Of a stretch of DNA of 30,879 nt, positions 1-9,637 are shown one piece after another. The first letter of the stretch is position 1. Each line of letters starts with the position of its first letter. Below the pieces are notes generated by a model. It was not told the DNA's origin, did no database searches, and was given only the letters and a program-made list of their open reading frames with translations. The position numbers and the translations under genes were made by a program. Location: the NCBI GenBank assembly GCA_038279365.1, contig JAYODI010000045.1, positions 13,831 through 44,709 on the forward strand. Direction: 5' to 3'. Source of the DNA: Candidatus Latescibacterota bacterium (GTDB lineage Bacteria; Latescibacterota; UBA2968).

Positions 1-170
1 AAACACTGCATCAAGCCCAGTGCCAATGCAACAGCCACAACCCACCCCAAAGTGGTACGGCTGGTGATAATAGAGCTGATCTTTTGCGTTACCGTCGTAT
101 ACGTTTGCCCAGGCCCAAGCACGGGTGCTGGTGCTGTTGGGTCTTCTTTTATGGGCGCAGGACTAGCCAT
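1..170 (-). CDS. actC: Alternative complex III subunit ActC (NrfD/polysulfide reductase family membrane subunit), 5' part only, truncated by the window edge
   Basis: Manual translation from the ATG at 170 gives MASPAPIKEDPTAPAPVLGPGQTYTTVTQKISSIITSRTTLGWVVAVALALGLMQC..., open to position 1. The start overlaps the end of actB, and the N-terminus and gene order match ActC. Confidence 0.8.
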   Translation of the reverse strand, partial: MASPAPIKEDPTAPAPVLGPGQTYTTVTQKISSIITSRTTLGWVVAVALALGLMQC

Positions 171-3159
171 GCTGTGCAATCTCCGGATTCGGGTTGGTCA
201 ACCGCGCCAAATACGTTGTGCGTGGACGCGTGTTCAACTCCGCTAAAATACCATAATTCCGTTGTTGTTTTTTAAGCTTCGATACTTTGCTATTTGGGTC
301 ATTAATGTCGCCAAATGTAATTGCATTGGTTGGGCATACACCTTGACAGGCAGTAGTAATATCGCCGTCTTTCAACTCAAGGCCGCCCACCTTTGCCTCA
401 ATACGTGCCGCACTAATACGCTGAGTACAGTAGGTGCATTTTTCCATCACACCACGCGCTCTCACAGTCACGTTAGGATTGCGACCTAATTTTAAGCTTT
501 CTGTATGATCATCGGCATAATGCAAGAAGTTAAAACGGCGTACCTTGTAAGGACAGTTGTTTGAGCAATATCGCGTACCCACACAACGGTTGTAGGCCAT
601 ATCGTTCAAACCTTCTTTGCTGTGGGCAGTTGCACCTACAGGGCAAACCACTTCACAAGGGGCATTTTCACACTGCATGCAAGGCACGGGCTGATTATAC
701 AGTTCTGGATTTTCCAAACTACCCTTAAAATAACGATCAATACGAATCCAATGCATTTCACGACCATTGAGAACCTGATCTTTACCCACCACTGGAATAT
801 TGTTTTCCGATTGGCAAGCAACCGTGCAGGCATTGCAACCATTGCACGCATTCAAGTCTATGGCCATTCCCCAAGCATTGCCCTCTTCACTGGTATGAAT
901 ACCATTAAAAAAGTTGGCTTCTTCACCAGGTTCATGCCCCATTTCGTGAATCATATGTGGATGATGCTTGTAGGCTTCTATGGTGCCAGTGCGCACCAAA
1001 TTGCGGCCTTCCATATACCAGTGATCTTGGGTGCAAGCCAACTTATAGGTTTGACCCGTTTTAGAAACCGTAGCACCCGATACTTGCCAAAGCGCAGTGG
1101 ATGTTTGGAGGGCATAGGCATCCACGCCTACATCACTCCCCACACGCCCAGCAACCTTGCGACCATAACCCAAATGCACCGTAATGCTATCTGCTGGCAA
1201 CCCAGGCATACGCCAAACGGGCAATGTTACAGAACGACCATTTACTTTTACAGCGATTACATCATCGTCTTTTACACCCAATTTTTCAGCCGTTGCAGGT
1301 GCCAACAATGCCGCATTGTCCCAAGTCAAGCGCGTGTTGGGTTTGGGCAATTCTTGCAACCAGCCATTATTGGCATATCGGCCATCACCAATGGTTGGAT
1401 CCAAGCGCAATGCCACTTCCAAACCATCAGAAGCAGAAACGGGCGATCCATAATTGCCCTTCAATCGCACAGACTTCGCAGGCAATGCCGTGTTGGGAAT
1501 AAGACCGTCGTGCAACCAATTTTGCCAATCGTTATCAAAGGTTGCACCACCTCGTTTGGCCTGCCAAAATTCTTTAACAATCGCATACCCTTGTCGACCA
1601 TCACCCAACATCATTGCCAGAAGTTGGTGGGCTGACTGGCTGCTATAAAGCGGCTCAATGAGTGGCTGAACAATCGAAACCGTACCATCAAACGCACGTG
1701 CATCACTCCAAGCTTCCAATGCATGTGACTCAGGCAAATGCCAGTTGCACAACTGAGAGGTCTCATTTTGTGCCTGACCCAAGTGAATGGTCATAGGCAC
1801 CTTTTTCAGCACACTCTCAAAATCAATATCTGAAGGTGTATTATAAACAGGATTGCCACCCAACATCACCAACAATGAAACCGTGCCCGCAGATACATCG
1901 GCCACCAATTCATTTAATGACGCTTGATGATTGACAGGATTGGCTTCAACTGCAGCTGTGTGCATCACCGTCTTGCCCACATTGCCCAAAGTGTGATTAA
2001 TTGCATGAGCAAGGGCATGAACAGCAGGGCTTTGGTGATCACCCACCACCACCAAAGACTCACCTTGGTGCGCTTTTAAATCTTTGACAAGTGCATTCAC
2101 CCACGTATCGTGACCATAAACATTGCCACCACCGGTCTGAATGCCTAAGGCTTGTGCAATTGCTCGGATCACACCATCTATTTGACTGGCCTTTAGTGGC
2201 AAACGATGATCGGCAATGGCCCCCGTGTTGGTGGGAACCGATTCGATCACATAAAGCCGGTTCATCTCATTCTTTTTGCCATCTTCCACCATACGGGCAA
2301 CTGCAATTTGTCCGGCATAACGCACGCTGGCTGGGCCAACGGCTGTAAAATCAGAATCCAAAGACAAAATGCGTTTGGCTTTAGAAAAGTCGTATTGTGT
2401 TTCAACCACTTCACCAAAGGCCATCATCGAACCCTCGCGCACATTGTCACGACCATTGGGTTCATATTGATGCCATTTTGCTTTGGGATACTTCTTTAAG
2501 AGGTCTTGAATTTGAGCTGCCAATGTGGGAGACGTTACCGTTTCTGTCAACAAACGCAACCCAGCGCCTTGGTCCAAATCTAACTTGGCCAATTCTGTGG
2601 CCAACGAAGCACGAAACCGTGTCCAAGTACTCATCTGACCACTTGATACAGGCACTTGTGTGCGATCTGGATCATAAAGATCTAAAATGGTGGCTTGTGT
2701 GAATATATCAGTTGGGCCAAACTTTGCACCTTCACGCGGATTGGCGGGATGCAATGGGTTGCCTTCTATTTTTGTGGGGCGCCCCATATGGCTTTCAACC
2801 AACACACCACGGGCAAAACCATCTTGCGAAATTGCCGAAGCAAAATACAAAGGTTTCCCAGGCACCACTTGCTCAGGTGCGCGCACATAAGGCACAATCA
2901 ATTCTTTGGGCTGGCGAGTACATGCTGTTAAACCCGCAAACGCCAAAGATGCACCCATCAACTGAATAAATTTACGACGACCCAAGCCCTCGCTTAATTC
3001 AGAAGCACCTTCGGGAAATTCTCGGTGTAAATATTCCTGAAACTCTTCGGTTTCGGCCAACTCATTCAAACTGCGCCAATAATCTTGTCCGTCTTTATCA
3101 GACAAGCGCTCGCGAATAGCTGCCAAATCCAAACCGTCTTTATGTGCCGTACGCGTCAT
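163..3159 (-). CDS. actB: Alternative complex III subunit ActB (Tat-exported molybdopterin-oxidoreductase-like domain fused to a Fe-S domain)
   Basis: Extended Tat leader YWRSLNEL...EFPEGASE...RRKFIQLMGASLAFAGLTAC with a lipobox-like Cys. Contains GRPTKIEGNPLHP and C-terminal Fe-S motifs CNGCNACTVAC, CMQCENAPCEVVCP, CVGTRYCSNNCP and CTYC...CQGVCP. Start placed at the ATG at 3159, an ATGA overlap with the actA stop; the ORF track starts at 3177. Confidence 0.93.
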   Translation of the reverse strand: MTRTAHKDGLDLAAIRERLSDKDGQDYWRSLNELAETEEFQEYLHREFPEGASELSEGLGRRKFIQLMGASLAFAGLTACTRQPKELIVPYVRAPEQVVPGKPLYFASAISQDGFARGVLVESHMGRPTKIEGNPLHPANPREGAKFGPTDIFTQATILDLYDPDRTQVPVSSGQMSTWTRFRASLATELAKLDLDQGAGLRLLTETVTSPTLAAQIQDLLKKYPKAKWHQYEPNGRDNVREGSMMAFGEVVETQYDFSKAKRILSLDSDFTAVGPASVRYAGQIAVARMVEDGKKNEMNRLYVIESVPTNTGAIADHRLPLKASQIDGVIRAIAQALGIQTGGGNVYGHDTWVNALVKDLKAHQGESLVVVGDHQSPAVHALAHAINHTLGNVGKTVMHTAAVEANPVNHQASLNELVADVSAGTVSLLVMLGGNPVYNTPSDIDFESVLKKVPMTIHLGQAQNETSQLCNWHLPESHALEAWSDARAFDGTVSIVQPLIEPLYSSQSAHQLLAMMLGDGRQGYAIVKEFWQAKRGGATFDNDWQNWLHDGLIPNTALPAKSVRLKGNYGSPVSASDGLEVALRLDPTIGDGRYANNGWLQELPKPNTRLTWDNAALLAPATAEKLGVKDDDVIAVKVNGRSVTLPVWRMPGLPADSITVHLGYGRKVAGRVGSDVGVDAYALQTSTALWQVSGATVSKTGQTYKLACTQDHWYMEGRNLVRTGTIEAYKHHPHMIHEMGHEPGEEANFFNGIHTSEEGNAWGMAIDLNACNGCNACTVACQSENNIPVVGKDQVLNGREMHWIRIDRYFKGSLENPELYNQPVPCMQCENAPCEVVCPVGATAHSKEGLNDMAYNRCVGTRYCSNNCPYKVRRFNFLHYADDHTESLKLGRNPNVTVRARGVMEKCTYCTQRISAARIEAKVGGLELKDGDITTACQGVCPTNAITFGDINDPNSKVSKLKKQQRNYGILAELNTRPRTTYLARLTNPNPEIAQHG

Positions 3160-3821
3160 CGATGACATGTCGAACAATCCGTAGAGGGGTTAATATCGTA
3201 TTCTTTTACCAAACGTGCGCCCAATGTGGCCTGATTACTGTGACCATGTTCATCCACAGCCTTCCAAGCCATATTAAACACCTCTTCTTTGGGGCGAACA
3301 AACTTTTCAGGTGCTCTGTGACATTCGAGACACCATTCCATATTCAAGGTATTTACTTTCCACATAAGTGGCATTTCATCAACCTGACCGTGGCAGGTCT
3401 GACAACCAACACCTTTGCTCACGTGGATGCTGTGGTTAAAATAGACAAAATCGGGAAGATCGTGAATGCGCACCCACTCTACAGGTTTGCCCGTTCGGTA
3501 GCTTTCTCGAATGGGTTCAAGCAGTGGGCTTTCGGTCCAAATTTGAGAGTGGCAAGTCATGCAGGTTTCAACAGGAGGGATATTTGCAAAAGAAGACTCT
3601 TCTACAGAAGTATGACAATACCGACAATCAATGCCAACACCTGTAACGTGGTGTTTATGACTAAACGGCACAGGCTGCTCTTTTGCAACCATTACGTCAT
3701 TGGTATATCGCAAGCGATTGGTATTGAGCAAAATAGTAATTGCCGTTCCGGCGACAACAAGCACCAATACGATGCTCATTCTTGCAAACGCGTTACTACC
3801 ACGAGGAAAAAGCTGCGCCAT
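3156..3821 (-). CDS. actA: Alternative complex III pentaheme cytochrome c subunit ActA
   Basis: One N-terminal TM helix, QPVPFSHKHH, five CxxCH motifs (CRYCH, CMTCH, CQTCH, CLECH, CSTCH) and LPDFVYFNHSIH. Lies directly upstream of actB. Confidence 0.93.
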   Translation of the reverse strand: MAQLFPRGSNAFARMSIVLVLVVAGTAITILLNTNRLRYTNDVMVAKEQPVPFSHKHHVTGVGIDCRYCHTSVEESSFANIPPVETCMTCHSQIWTESPLLEPIRESYRTGKPVEWVRIHDLPDFVYFNHSIHVSKGVGCQTCHGQVDEMPLMWKVNTLNMEWCLECHRAPEKFVRPKEEVFNMAWKAVDEHGHSNQATLGARLVKEYDINPSTDCSTCHR

Positions 3822-3884
3822 CTACGCGTCCTATGGTGTTAGGAAAGAGTTTAACGAAACTTTAAAACACAAACAACGTCTTAA

Positions 3885-3914
3885 AGCATAGTAGTTCATG
3901 CCAAACGGTGTCAA
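3885..3914 (-). promoter_or_regulatory. Putative sigma70 promoter (proximal) of the act operon
   Basis: Minus strand TTGACA-N18-TATGCT, about 65 bp upstream of the actA ATG. Confidence 0.5.
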
Positions 3915-3990
3915 TGTAAGATGAAATTCATCAAAGATCAAGCACCAATCTCATACCACAACAAATCGAGTGCTTGCTCCTAAAGGACGG

Positions 3991-4020
3991 ATAATATACA
4001 CGAAACAAATACCGAGTCAA
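3991..4020 (-). promoter_or_regulatory. Putative sigma70 promoter (distal) of the act operon
   Basis: Minus strand TTGACT followed by TATATT (N16) or TATTAT (N18). Confidence 0.4.
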
Positions 4021-4082
4021 GCATTAGTTCACAACATTTTAAACCATACAAAAACATCCAATTTGTTTGGCAAATAAAACAA

Positions 4083-5114
4083 TTATTCCTTCATGCCGTT
4101 AAATCCTTCTAACACATCGGCTATACAGTTTCCAACCACATCCAAATTGTATCCACCCTCTTGAACAAAAAGAGTCGATTTTTTTTGTTCTCCAATCACA
4201 TACCCCACTTTTGCAAACACATCTTGAGACACATCAAATCGACACAAAGGATCCATTTTGCAAAAATCGACACCCAGCGAAACCACCCAATAGTCGGCCT
4301 GAAATTCAACCAATTTTTCCAAGGCCTGATATAAGGTTGCCAAAAAAACATCATTGCCAATTCCAAAGGGCAAAGGAAAATTCACATTATATCCAACCCC
4401 TCGCCCGGCACCCAATTCTGATGAATAACCACTATAATAAGGGTATTCCATATTCGGATCAGCATGAATCGAAACAAACAAAACATCTTCTGCATCGTAA
4501 AAAATAGCTTGTGTGCCATTGCCATGATGATAGTCTACATCCAAGATAGCAACACGTCCCTTTTCGCGCAAACGTTGTGCCGCCAAAGCCGCATTGTTTA
4601 AATAACAATATCCGCCATACAAATCGCGCCCAGCATGATGCCCTGGCGGACGACACAATGCATAAGCAGATGATTCACCCTCTAACAACAAATCTGCCCC
4701 TGTAAGCGCACAATATGCGGCCTGTTGCGCAGCATTCCAAGTGCCCGACAAAATAGGCGTCTGTGTTTCAAAGCAATAATACCCCGCTTGTGCCACCAAA
4801 CCTTCTGGTTTTCCACTCAATGACCGCATCGCAAATGTATCGGGAATGAATCCTACCTCATTGGCCCGTCCTGCAACTTCCCATTCATCATAAACACCCG
4901 CTAAAAAATTGAGCAAACCCGCATCGTGAACTGTTTTTAGAACGGACACATCGTATTCATTTGGCGAAACAATCTCACCCATCTGCCGATCCTGTAAAAC
5001 TTGCAAAATACGCGTTGCACGATCTGGCACCTCCACTGCAGAATGCAGACCATCTCCAAACAACTGGAACTTTGGAACATGGCCAGTGTGTTGTTCTGAA
5101 TATATTATTTTCAT
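4083..5114 (-). CDS. Histone deacetylase family protein (acetylpolyamine amidohydrolase-like Zn-dependent deacetylase)
   Basis: Motifs RPPGHHA, GGYCYLNNAA, DVDYHHGNGTQ and QEGGY. Start set at MKIIYSEQH; the ORF track starts at 5138. Confidence 0.88.
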   Translation of the reverse strand: MKIIYSEQHTGHVPKFQLFGDGLHSAVEVPDRATRILQVLQDRQMGEIVSPNEYDVSVLKTVHDAGLLNFLAGVYDEWEVAGRANEVGFIPDTFAMRSLSGKPEGLVAQAGYYCFETQTPILSGTWNAAQQAAYCALTGADLLLEGESSAYALCRPPGHHAGRDLYGGYCYLNNAALAAQRLREKGRVAILDVDYHHGNGTQAIFYDAEDVLFVSIHADPNMEYPYYSGYSSELGAGRGVGYNVNFPLPFGIGNDVFLATLYQALEKLVEFQADYWVVSLGVDFCKMDPLCRFDVSQDVFAKVGYVIGEQKKSTLFVQEGGYNLDVVGNCIADVLEGFNGMKE

Positions 5115-5283
5115 ACCAAATCCCCACGCCCAATACACAAACCCGTGATCAATACGGTTATCAACGTTGCCATGACAAGTCTCAAAGATAGGGCTTAAAT
5201 TAACAGTGGCGTTTATGTCATTTCCTGTGCATCATAACCGCCCGTCATTCTATATGTCACTTTTACAGGAGCGTTTTTTCATT

Positions 5284-6351
5284 ATGCAAATGCACACCTA
5301 TCAACCTGCCTACCTCCATGCTTTAAGCCGCCGCCTGTTTGAGTCTGCGGGCGCCACAAATGAAGTGGGCCATATTGTTGCAAATATTCTTGTGGGTGCC
5401 AACCTCACGGGCCACGACTCTCACGGGGTGCTTCGTGTACCCACTTATATGACCCGTATATCGGATGGCATTATGAATGCCGGTGCAGAACCCACCACAG
5501 TGCGAGAATCCGTTACCACCCTGGTTCTCGATGGTCACCAAGGCCCTGGCCACCTCACTGCGTATCGTGCCATTCACAAAGCCATTGAAAAAGCCCGCAC
5601 ATCTGAAATCTGTTCGGTATCCTTCACACGCATCGAACACATTGGTCGTTTGGGGCATTATGTCGAAATCGCCGCACGCGAAGGTTTCGTGGGCATTGCA
5701 ATGGTTGGCAGAGGGGCGCCCAATGCCATGAAAGTGCTCCCTTTTGGTGGTAAAAAAGGCAGTCTCGGCACCAACCCCATTGCAATATGTATTCCCACTG
5801 GAGACGAGGTGCCATTTCTCTTAGACATTGCCACTTCCGTGATTGCCGAAGGCAAATTGCAAGTGGCCCGCAGCAAAAACGAACACGTGCCAGAAAATTA
5901 TATCGTCGATAAAAACAATGTTCCTACAACCGATCCCAATGACTTTTACAACGGGGGGTATTTGCGCACCTTTGGGGGGCACAAAGGATATGCCTTTTCA
6001 CTGGCGGCGTGCCTTATGGGCCAACTGGCTGGCAACTATGGCGAAGGCTGTCCATTGGGATATGCATTTATGCAAGTCATCAACATCAACGCCTTCACAG
6101 ACCTCACGGGTTACCAAAATGGCATGCGCGCCTTTTTGAACGAAATCAAAAAAACAGAACCCGCCGATGGCGTAGACGAAGTACAAGTGCCAGGCGAGTT
6201 TGAACACCATACCCGTAAAGATCGCCTCAAACACGGCATCGAAATCCCCGACACCATTAATCAACAGCTTTTAGAATGGGCAGACCATTTCAAGGTGCCC
6301 ACAAATGACTCGATTATCACCCCAGAAGACAAGGCTTATTATATCTCATAA
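5284..6351 (+). CDS. Ldh_2 family oxidoreductase (malate/L-lactate/sulfolactate/ureidoglycolate dehydrogenase type)
   Basis: Motifs GHDSHG, HIGRLG, GTNPIA, LDIATS and FGGHKGY. CAGGAG RBS-like sequence at about 5266-5271. Confidence 0.88.
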   Translation: MQMHTYQPAYLHALSRRLFESAGATNEVGHIVANILVGANLTGHDSHGVLRVPTYMTRISDGIMNAGAEPTTVRESVTTLVLDGHQGPGHLTAYRAIHKAIEKARTSEICSVSFTRIEHIGRLGHYVEIAAREGFVGIAMVGRGAPNAMKVLPFGGKKGSLGTNPIAICIPTGDEVPFLLDIATSVIAEGKLQVARSKNEHVPENYIVDKNNVPTTDPNDFYNGGYLRTFGGHKGYAFSLAACLMGQLAGNYGEGCPLGYAFMQVININAFTDLTGYQNGMRAFLNEIKKTEPADGVDEVQVPGEFEHHTRKDRLKHGIEIPDTINQQLLEWADHFKVPTNDSIITPEDKAYYIS

Positions 6352-6660
6352 GCAATAAATTAAGTGAGGTGTAATTTTGATATCCGAAAAACCCTGTTTA
6401 AAGTGAACACAAAGCAATCTTGTTTTCAAAAACATGAATTTATAAAATCCTCACAGTTCACAGCCGCATTTGTTTTGAAGCATAAAACCGTATGCATTCC
6501 CCCAATATTGCCCGTTTTTCAAATTTATCCATCCGTATATAGGAAACCACAATCCACGCCCAACGCCTTCTCAACAGCACCCTTCGCAATCGGTTTTGCC
6601 CCAACATTACCCCAAGCATGCCTATTTTTGACACAGGACCAAGTTAAATAAAATTAAGAG

Positions 6661-8004
6661 CTACCCCCGCGCCTCAACCTCCGTCACCCGTCGCTGCCCT
6701 GACCGCTTCACTTCTGCTGGCACAATCTTAGGCGCATCTTCGCCCACAGCAACCATCCGCCGAATGAGTCGCTCGCGCATCACTTCGGCCACCCCTTGAT
6801 GCGATTCCAAACCTATCAAATTGCGCAATTCATAAGGATCGGCCTGCAAATCGTACAAATACTGTTCCACATATGTTTCAGAACCCGAATCTACGCCGCC
6901 CTTTTTATCTGGCGCATCCACACAATACTTCCACCGTTGTGTACGCACCGCACGCCCCACCTGAGCCTCGCTAATTTGCACAAACACCTCTTCGGGCCAA
7001 TCGGCACGTTCACCCCGTGTAAGAGGTAAAATTGAACGCCCAGCCATTTCTTGGGGCACATCAATACCAGCAGCATCCAACAACGTGGGTGGCAAATCAA
7101 CCAAACTTACCAGCTCTTGAATTTGCCCGCCACCTTGAAAACCTGGCCCGTGAAAGGCCGTGGGCACATGAATCGAACTGTCGTGACAAGACCGTTTGTA
7201 TTCGGAATTGCGCGTTTTAAAATGACACCCGTGATCTGAGGTAAATAGAATAATCGTATTGTCTAACTGCCCCAAACTCTTTAGTGCATCCAACACCCGT
7301 CCCAAAGCCTCGTCTAACCGTTTTACCATGCCATAATAACCACCCAAATGTTGATGCGTAGTACCACCCAACGTTGCCAAATCGGGTGGCACCCATCCTC
7401 CCGTATAACGTTCTCGATACCCATCGGGGGCAGGATAATCGTCCAAATGATTTTGATGATGAGGCTCCAAATAAGACACAAACAAAAAAAACGGATCTTC
7501 CTGATGCCCATCAATGTATCGAATCACCGCATCAGTTTGTGCATCTACCCGATATCCTGGCAACTTCACGCTTTCATTCTCATTGTTATACATCACCGTA
7601 TCATAAGCATCCGAACAAAACTCCAGCACATTGGCCGCCAACCAATAGTCATAACCACCGCGCTCTTCTTCGGGCACGGGGTCTTGACTGGCCAAATGCC
7701 ATTTACCAATATACCCCGTATCGTAACCTGCTCCCTTAAAATGGTGCGCCAAAGTTTTTAAATCTTTTGACAATGGAATACCATTTTTAAAACTGCCTGT
7801 TTGTGTGGCATACAACCCCGTTTGTAAACACGACCGAGCAGGCCCACAAACTGGCTGACATGTAAACGAATTGGCCACATGAGTCCCTCGCCGAGCCATC
7901 GCATCAAAATTGGGCGTTAACCCCATCGGGTTACCGTGTAAACCCGATGTATCCCACCGCTGTTGATCTGTAAAAAACACCAAAACATTGGGCCGAGCTG
8001 CCAT
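6661..8004 (-). CDS. Formylglycine-dependent (Cys-type) sulfatase, probably cytoplasmic
   Basis: RPNVLVFFTDQQR, CGPARSCLQTG (CxPxR signature), GKWHL, SDHG and LYDLQADPYE. AGGAG RBS; no signal peptide. Confidence 0.92.
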   Translation of the reverse strand: MAARPNVLVFFTDQQRWDTSGLHGNPMGLTPNFDAMARRGTHVANSFTCQPVCGPARSCLQTGLYATQTGSFKNGIPLSKDLKTLAHHFKGAGYDTGYIGKWHLASQDPVPEEERGGYDYWLAANVLEFCSDAYDTVMYNNENESVKLPGYRVDAQTDAVIRYIDGHQEDPFFLFVSYLEPHHQNHLDDYPAPDGYRERYTGGWVPPDLATLGGTTHQHLGGYYGMVKRLDEALGRVLDALKSLGQLDNTIILFTSDHGCHFKTRNSEYKRSCHDSSIHVPTAFHGPGFQGGGQIQELVSLVDLPPTLLDAAGIDVPQEMAGRSILPLTRGERADWPEEVFVQISEAQVGRAVRTQRWKYCVDAPDKKGGVDSGSETYVEQYLYDLQADPYELRNLIGLESHQGVAEVMRERLIRRMVAVGEDAPKIVPAEVKRSGQRRVTEVEARG

Positions 8005-8084
8005 TGCCTTCTCCTTTAATTACAAACCCTCATCAATACGCATTGCGATTTAACAGAATAATTCCCCACCACCTAAAACGCAAC

Positions 8085-8113
8085 AAAAAAGCCTCGGAAT
8101 AACCGAGGCTTTT
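8085..8113 (-). terminator. Intrinsic terminator of the TolB-like gene
   Basis: AAAAGCCTCGG-aataa-CCGAGGCTTTT hairpin with a T6 tail on the minus strand, about 30 bp after the stop. Confidence 0.75.
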
Positions 8114-8143
8114 CATTGTTTTTAAATTTTGTAATCCAGCTTT

Positions 8144-9184
8144 CTACATAGGTGACCACCGTGGAAAAATCCCACCATTTGGCAAATTGGGAATGCCATA
8201 TACATTTGTCGCATCCAGGCGCATCACAACAAGGGTGGTAAATGGTGTGGCGGCATCTTGAAATATTGTCACATATTCAAACGCAATTTGAGAACCATCG
8301 GGTGACCAGGTGGGGTTTCTCACCTGCGAATTGGCCCCGCCATCAAATGTCATGCGTTTGATATTGCTGCCATCGGCATTCATCACATACAACTCATATT
8401 CTGCAATCGGTGTGACACCCAAAACCACGGCTTGGTGTAAATTCGACTCAAAGGCAATGAGAGATCCATCGGGTGACCACGCAGGCGAAGAATGTAGCCG
8501 TCCATTGCCCGATGTTAAACGCGCCACACCCGACCCATCGGCATTGGCCACAAAAATATCTGTGCCAATGCTGTCTCGCCCTGCCTGATACAAAATTTTA
8601 GACCCATCAGGTGACCAGGTGGGCAATTGTTCGTCCAATGTGGTTCCCGCCAACACCTGTTCGCCCGAACCATCCACATTTACAACATAAATATCCCAAC
8701 GCGTGGTATTGTTACGCCAAGCCTGAAACAGTATTTTTTGTCCATCAGGCGACCAAGACGGTGCAAAGTCACCTCCCGTATCTTCAACAACAGCCCGCAA
8801 ATTAGACCCATCCAAATTCATCACATAAATATTGTAATTGGCATTGCCGCTGCGGTCAGAAGCAAAGGCAATTTGCTGACCATCGGGTGACCAAGACGGC
8901 CCCGAATACGTCGCCAAATCGGCCTCGTCATTCAAATTGATTTCTGTTTTGCCATCGGGTGTAATGAGATAAATATGAAACGACCCCGACTCCAAACTTC
9001 TACGCATATAGGCAATGCGCCCAGCCCCCCCGATCACATCGTTGCTCGCATTTCCTCCCACACCATTATTCACAGAAGGCCCCACCGGACCGGGTGGACC
9101 TTTATCCACACCACTACAAGACATAACAGCAAAACACATAGCCAAAGCACCTATACCACGCAACAAACGTCTACCAACCATCAT
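8144..9184 (-). CDS. TolB-like (PD40/WD40 repeat) six-bladed beta-propeller lipoprotein
   Basis: Signal peptide with lipobox-like AVMSC and a Gly/Pro linker. Five P-x-WSPDG-x-x-I-x-F/Y repeats plus a terminal PRWSP. No TolB N-terminal domain and no neighbouring tol-pal genes. Confidence 0.85.
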   Translation of the reverse strand: MMVGRRLLRGIGALAMCFAVMSCSGVDKGPPGPVGPSVNNGVGGNASNDVIGGAGRIAYMRRSLESGSFHIYLITPDGKTEINLNDEADLATYSGPSWSPDGQQIAFASDRSGNANYNIYVMNLDGSNLRAVVEDTGGDFAPSWSPDGQKILFQAWRNNTTRWDIYVVNVDGSGEQVLAGTTLDEQLPTWSPDGSKILYQAGRDSIGTDIFVANADGSGVARLTSGNGRLHSSPAWSPDGSLIAFESNLHQAVVLGVTPIAEYELYVMNADGSNIKRMTFDGGANSQVRNPTWSPDGSQIAFEYVTIFQDAATPFTTLVVMRLDATNVYGIPNLPNGGIFPRWSPM

Positions 9185-9383
9185 CTAAAACCCCTTTTTA
9201 AATTTTCAAGATTCGCATTCTTCTTAAACGCCATAAGACATTTTGGGTTGCAACAGAATAAATAATCCTTCACTTGCGTCCATCAGATGACGATAATAAT
9301 ACAGAAGCAACAAAAAGCTTCAAACAAAAAATACAAAAATTTTCCAAAAAACAATACAACTCTTTTTTCCACAAGGTGTTAAC

Positions 9384-9590
9384 ATGAGCGCACCCGCCAG
9401 CGTTGGTGGCCATACAGGCTTTGGTTCTACAGGGCTTCAACTCATTGCCGCCAGCAAAGCACAGGTAGAAGAAGTGGCCCAATTTCAAGCCCAACCACGT
9501 GACTTTCGGGCACCCCGCATGCAACTGGCCTCCAGTTTGCCCGCAGCCCCGTTAAAAGACATGGAAACAAACTTCGATTTAAGAGTATAA
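9384..9590 (+). CDS. Small hypothetical protein (68 aa); C-terminus reminiscent of YjfB-like 'putative motility' proteins
   Basis: AAGGTG RBS shortly before the ATG, C-terminal ...ETNFDLRV, and a terminator-like hairpin downstream. Confidence 0.5.
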   Translation: MSAPASVGGHTGFGSTGLQLIAASKAQVEEVAQFQAQPRDFRAPRMQLASSLPAAPLKDMETNFDLRV

Positions 9591-9607
9591 GCAACAAGCC
9601 CTTCATC

Positions 9608-9636
9608 TTGCCAGATATGCATTTTACGCGTATAAT
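9608..9636 (+). promoter_or_regulatory. Near-consensus sigma70 promoter upstream of the integrase-N-terminal-domain gene
   Basis: TTGCCA-N17-TATAAT. Confidence 0.65.
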
Positions 9637-9637
9637 C

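Noticed and set aside
622..1635. Long antisense ORFs (337 aa here; also 15958-17097, 19612-20358, 29992-30618)
   Set aside because: These are shadows of well-supported genes on the opposite strand with no protein motifs.
3886..3904. TTGGCATG...ATGC as a sigma54 promoter for actA
   Set aside because: GG-to-GC spacing is 13 nt rather than the required 10; the overlapping sigma70 match is better.
6352..6660. 309-bp convergent intergenic gap with a 95-aa ORF (6364-6651)
   Set aside because: No recognisable motif, repeat or strong structure; coding status unsupported.
8144..9184. tolB assignment
   Set aside because: It has only the propeller with a lipoprotein signal, and no tolQRA/pal context.
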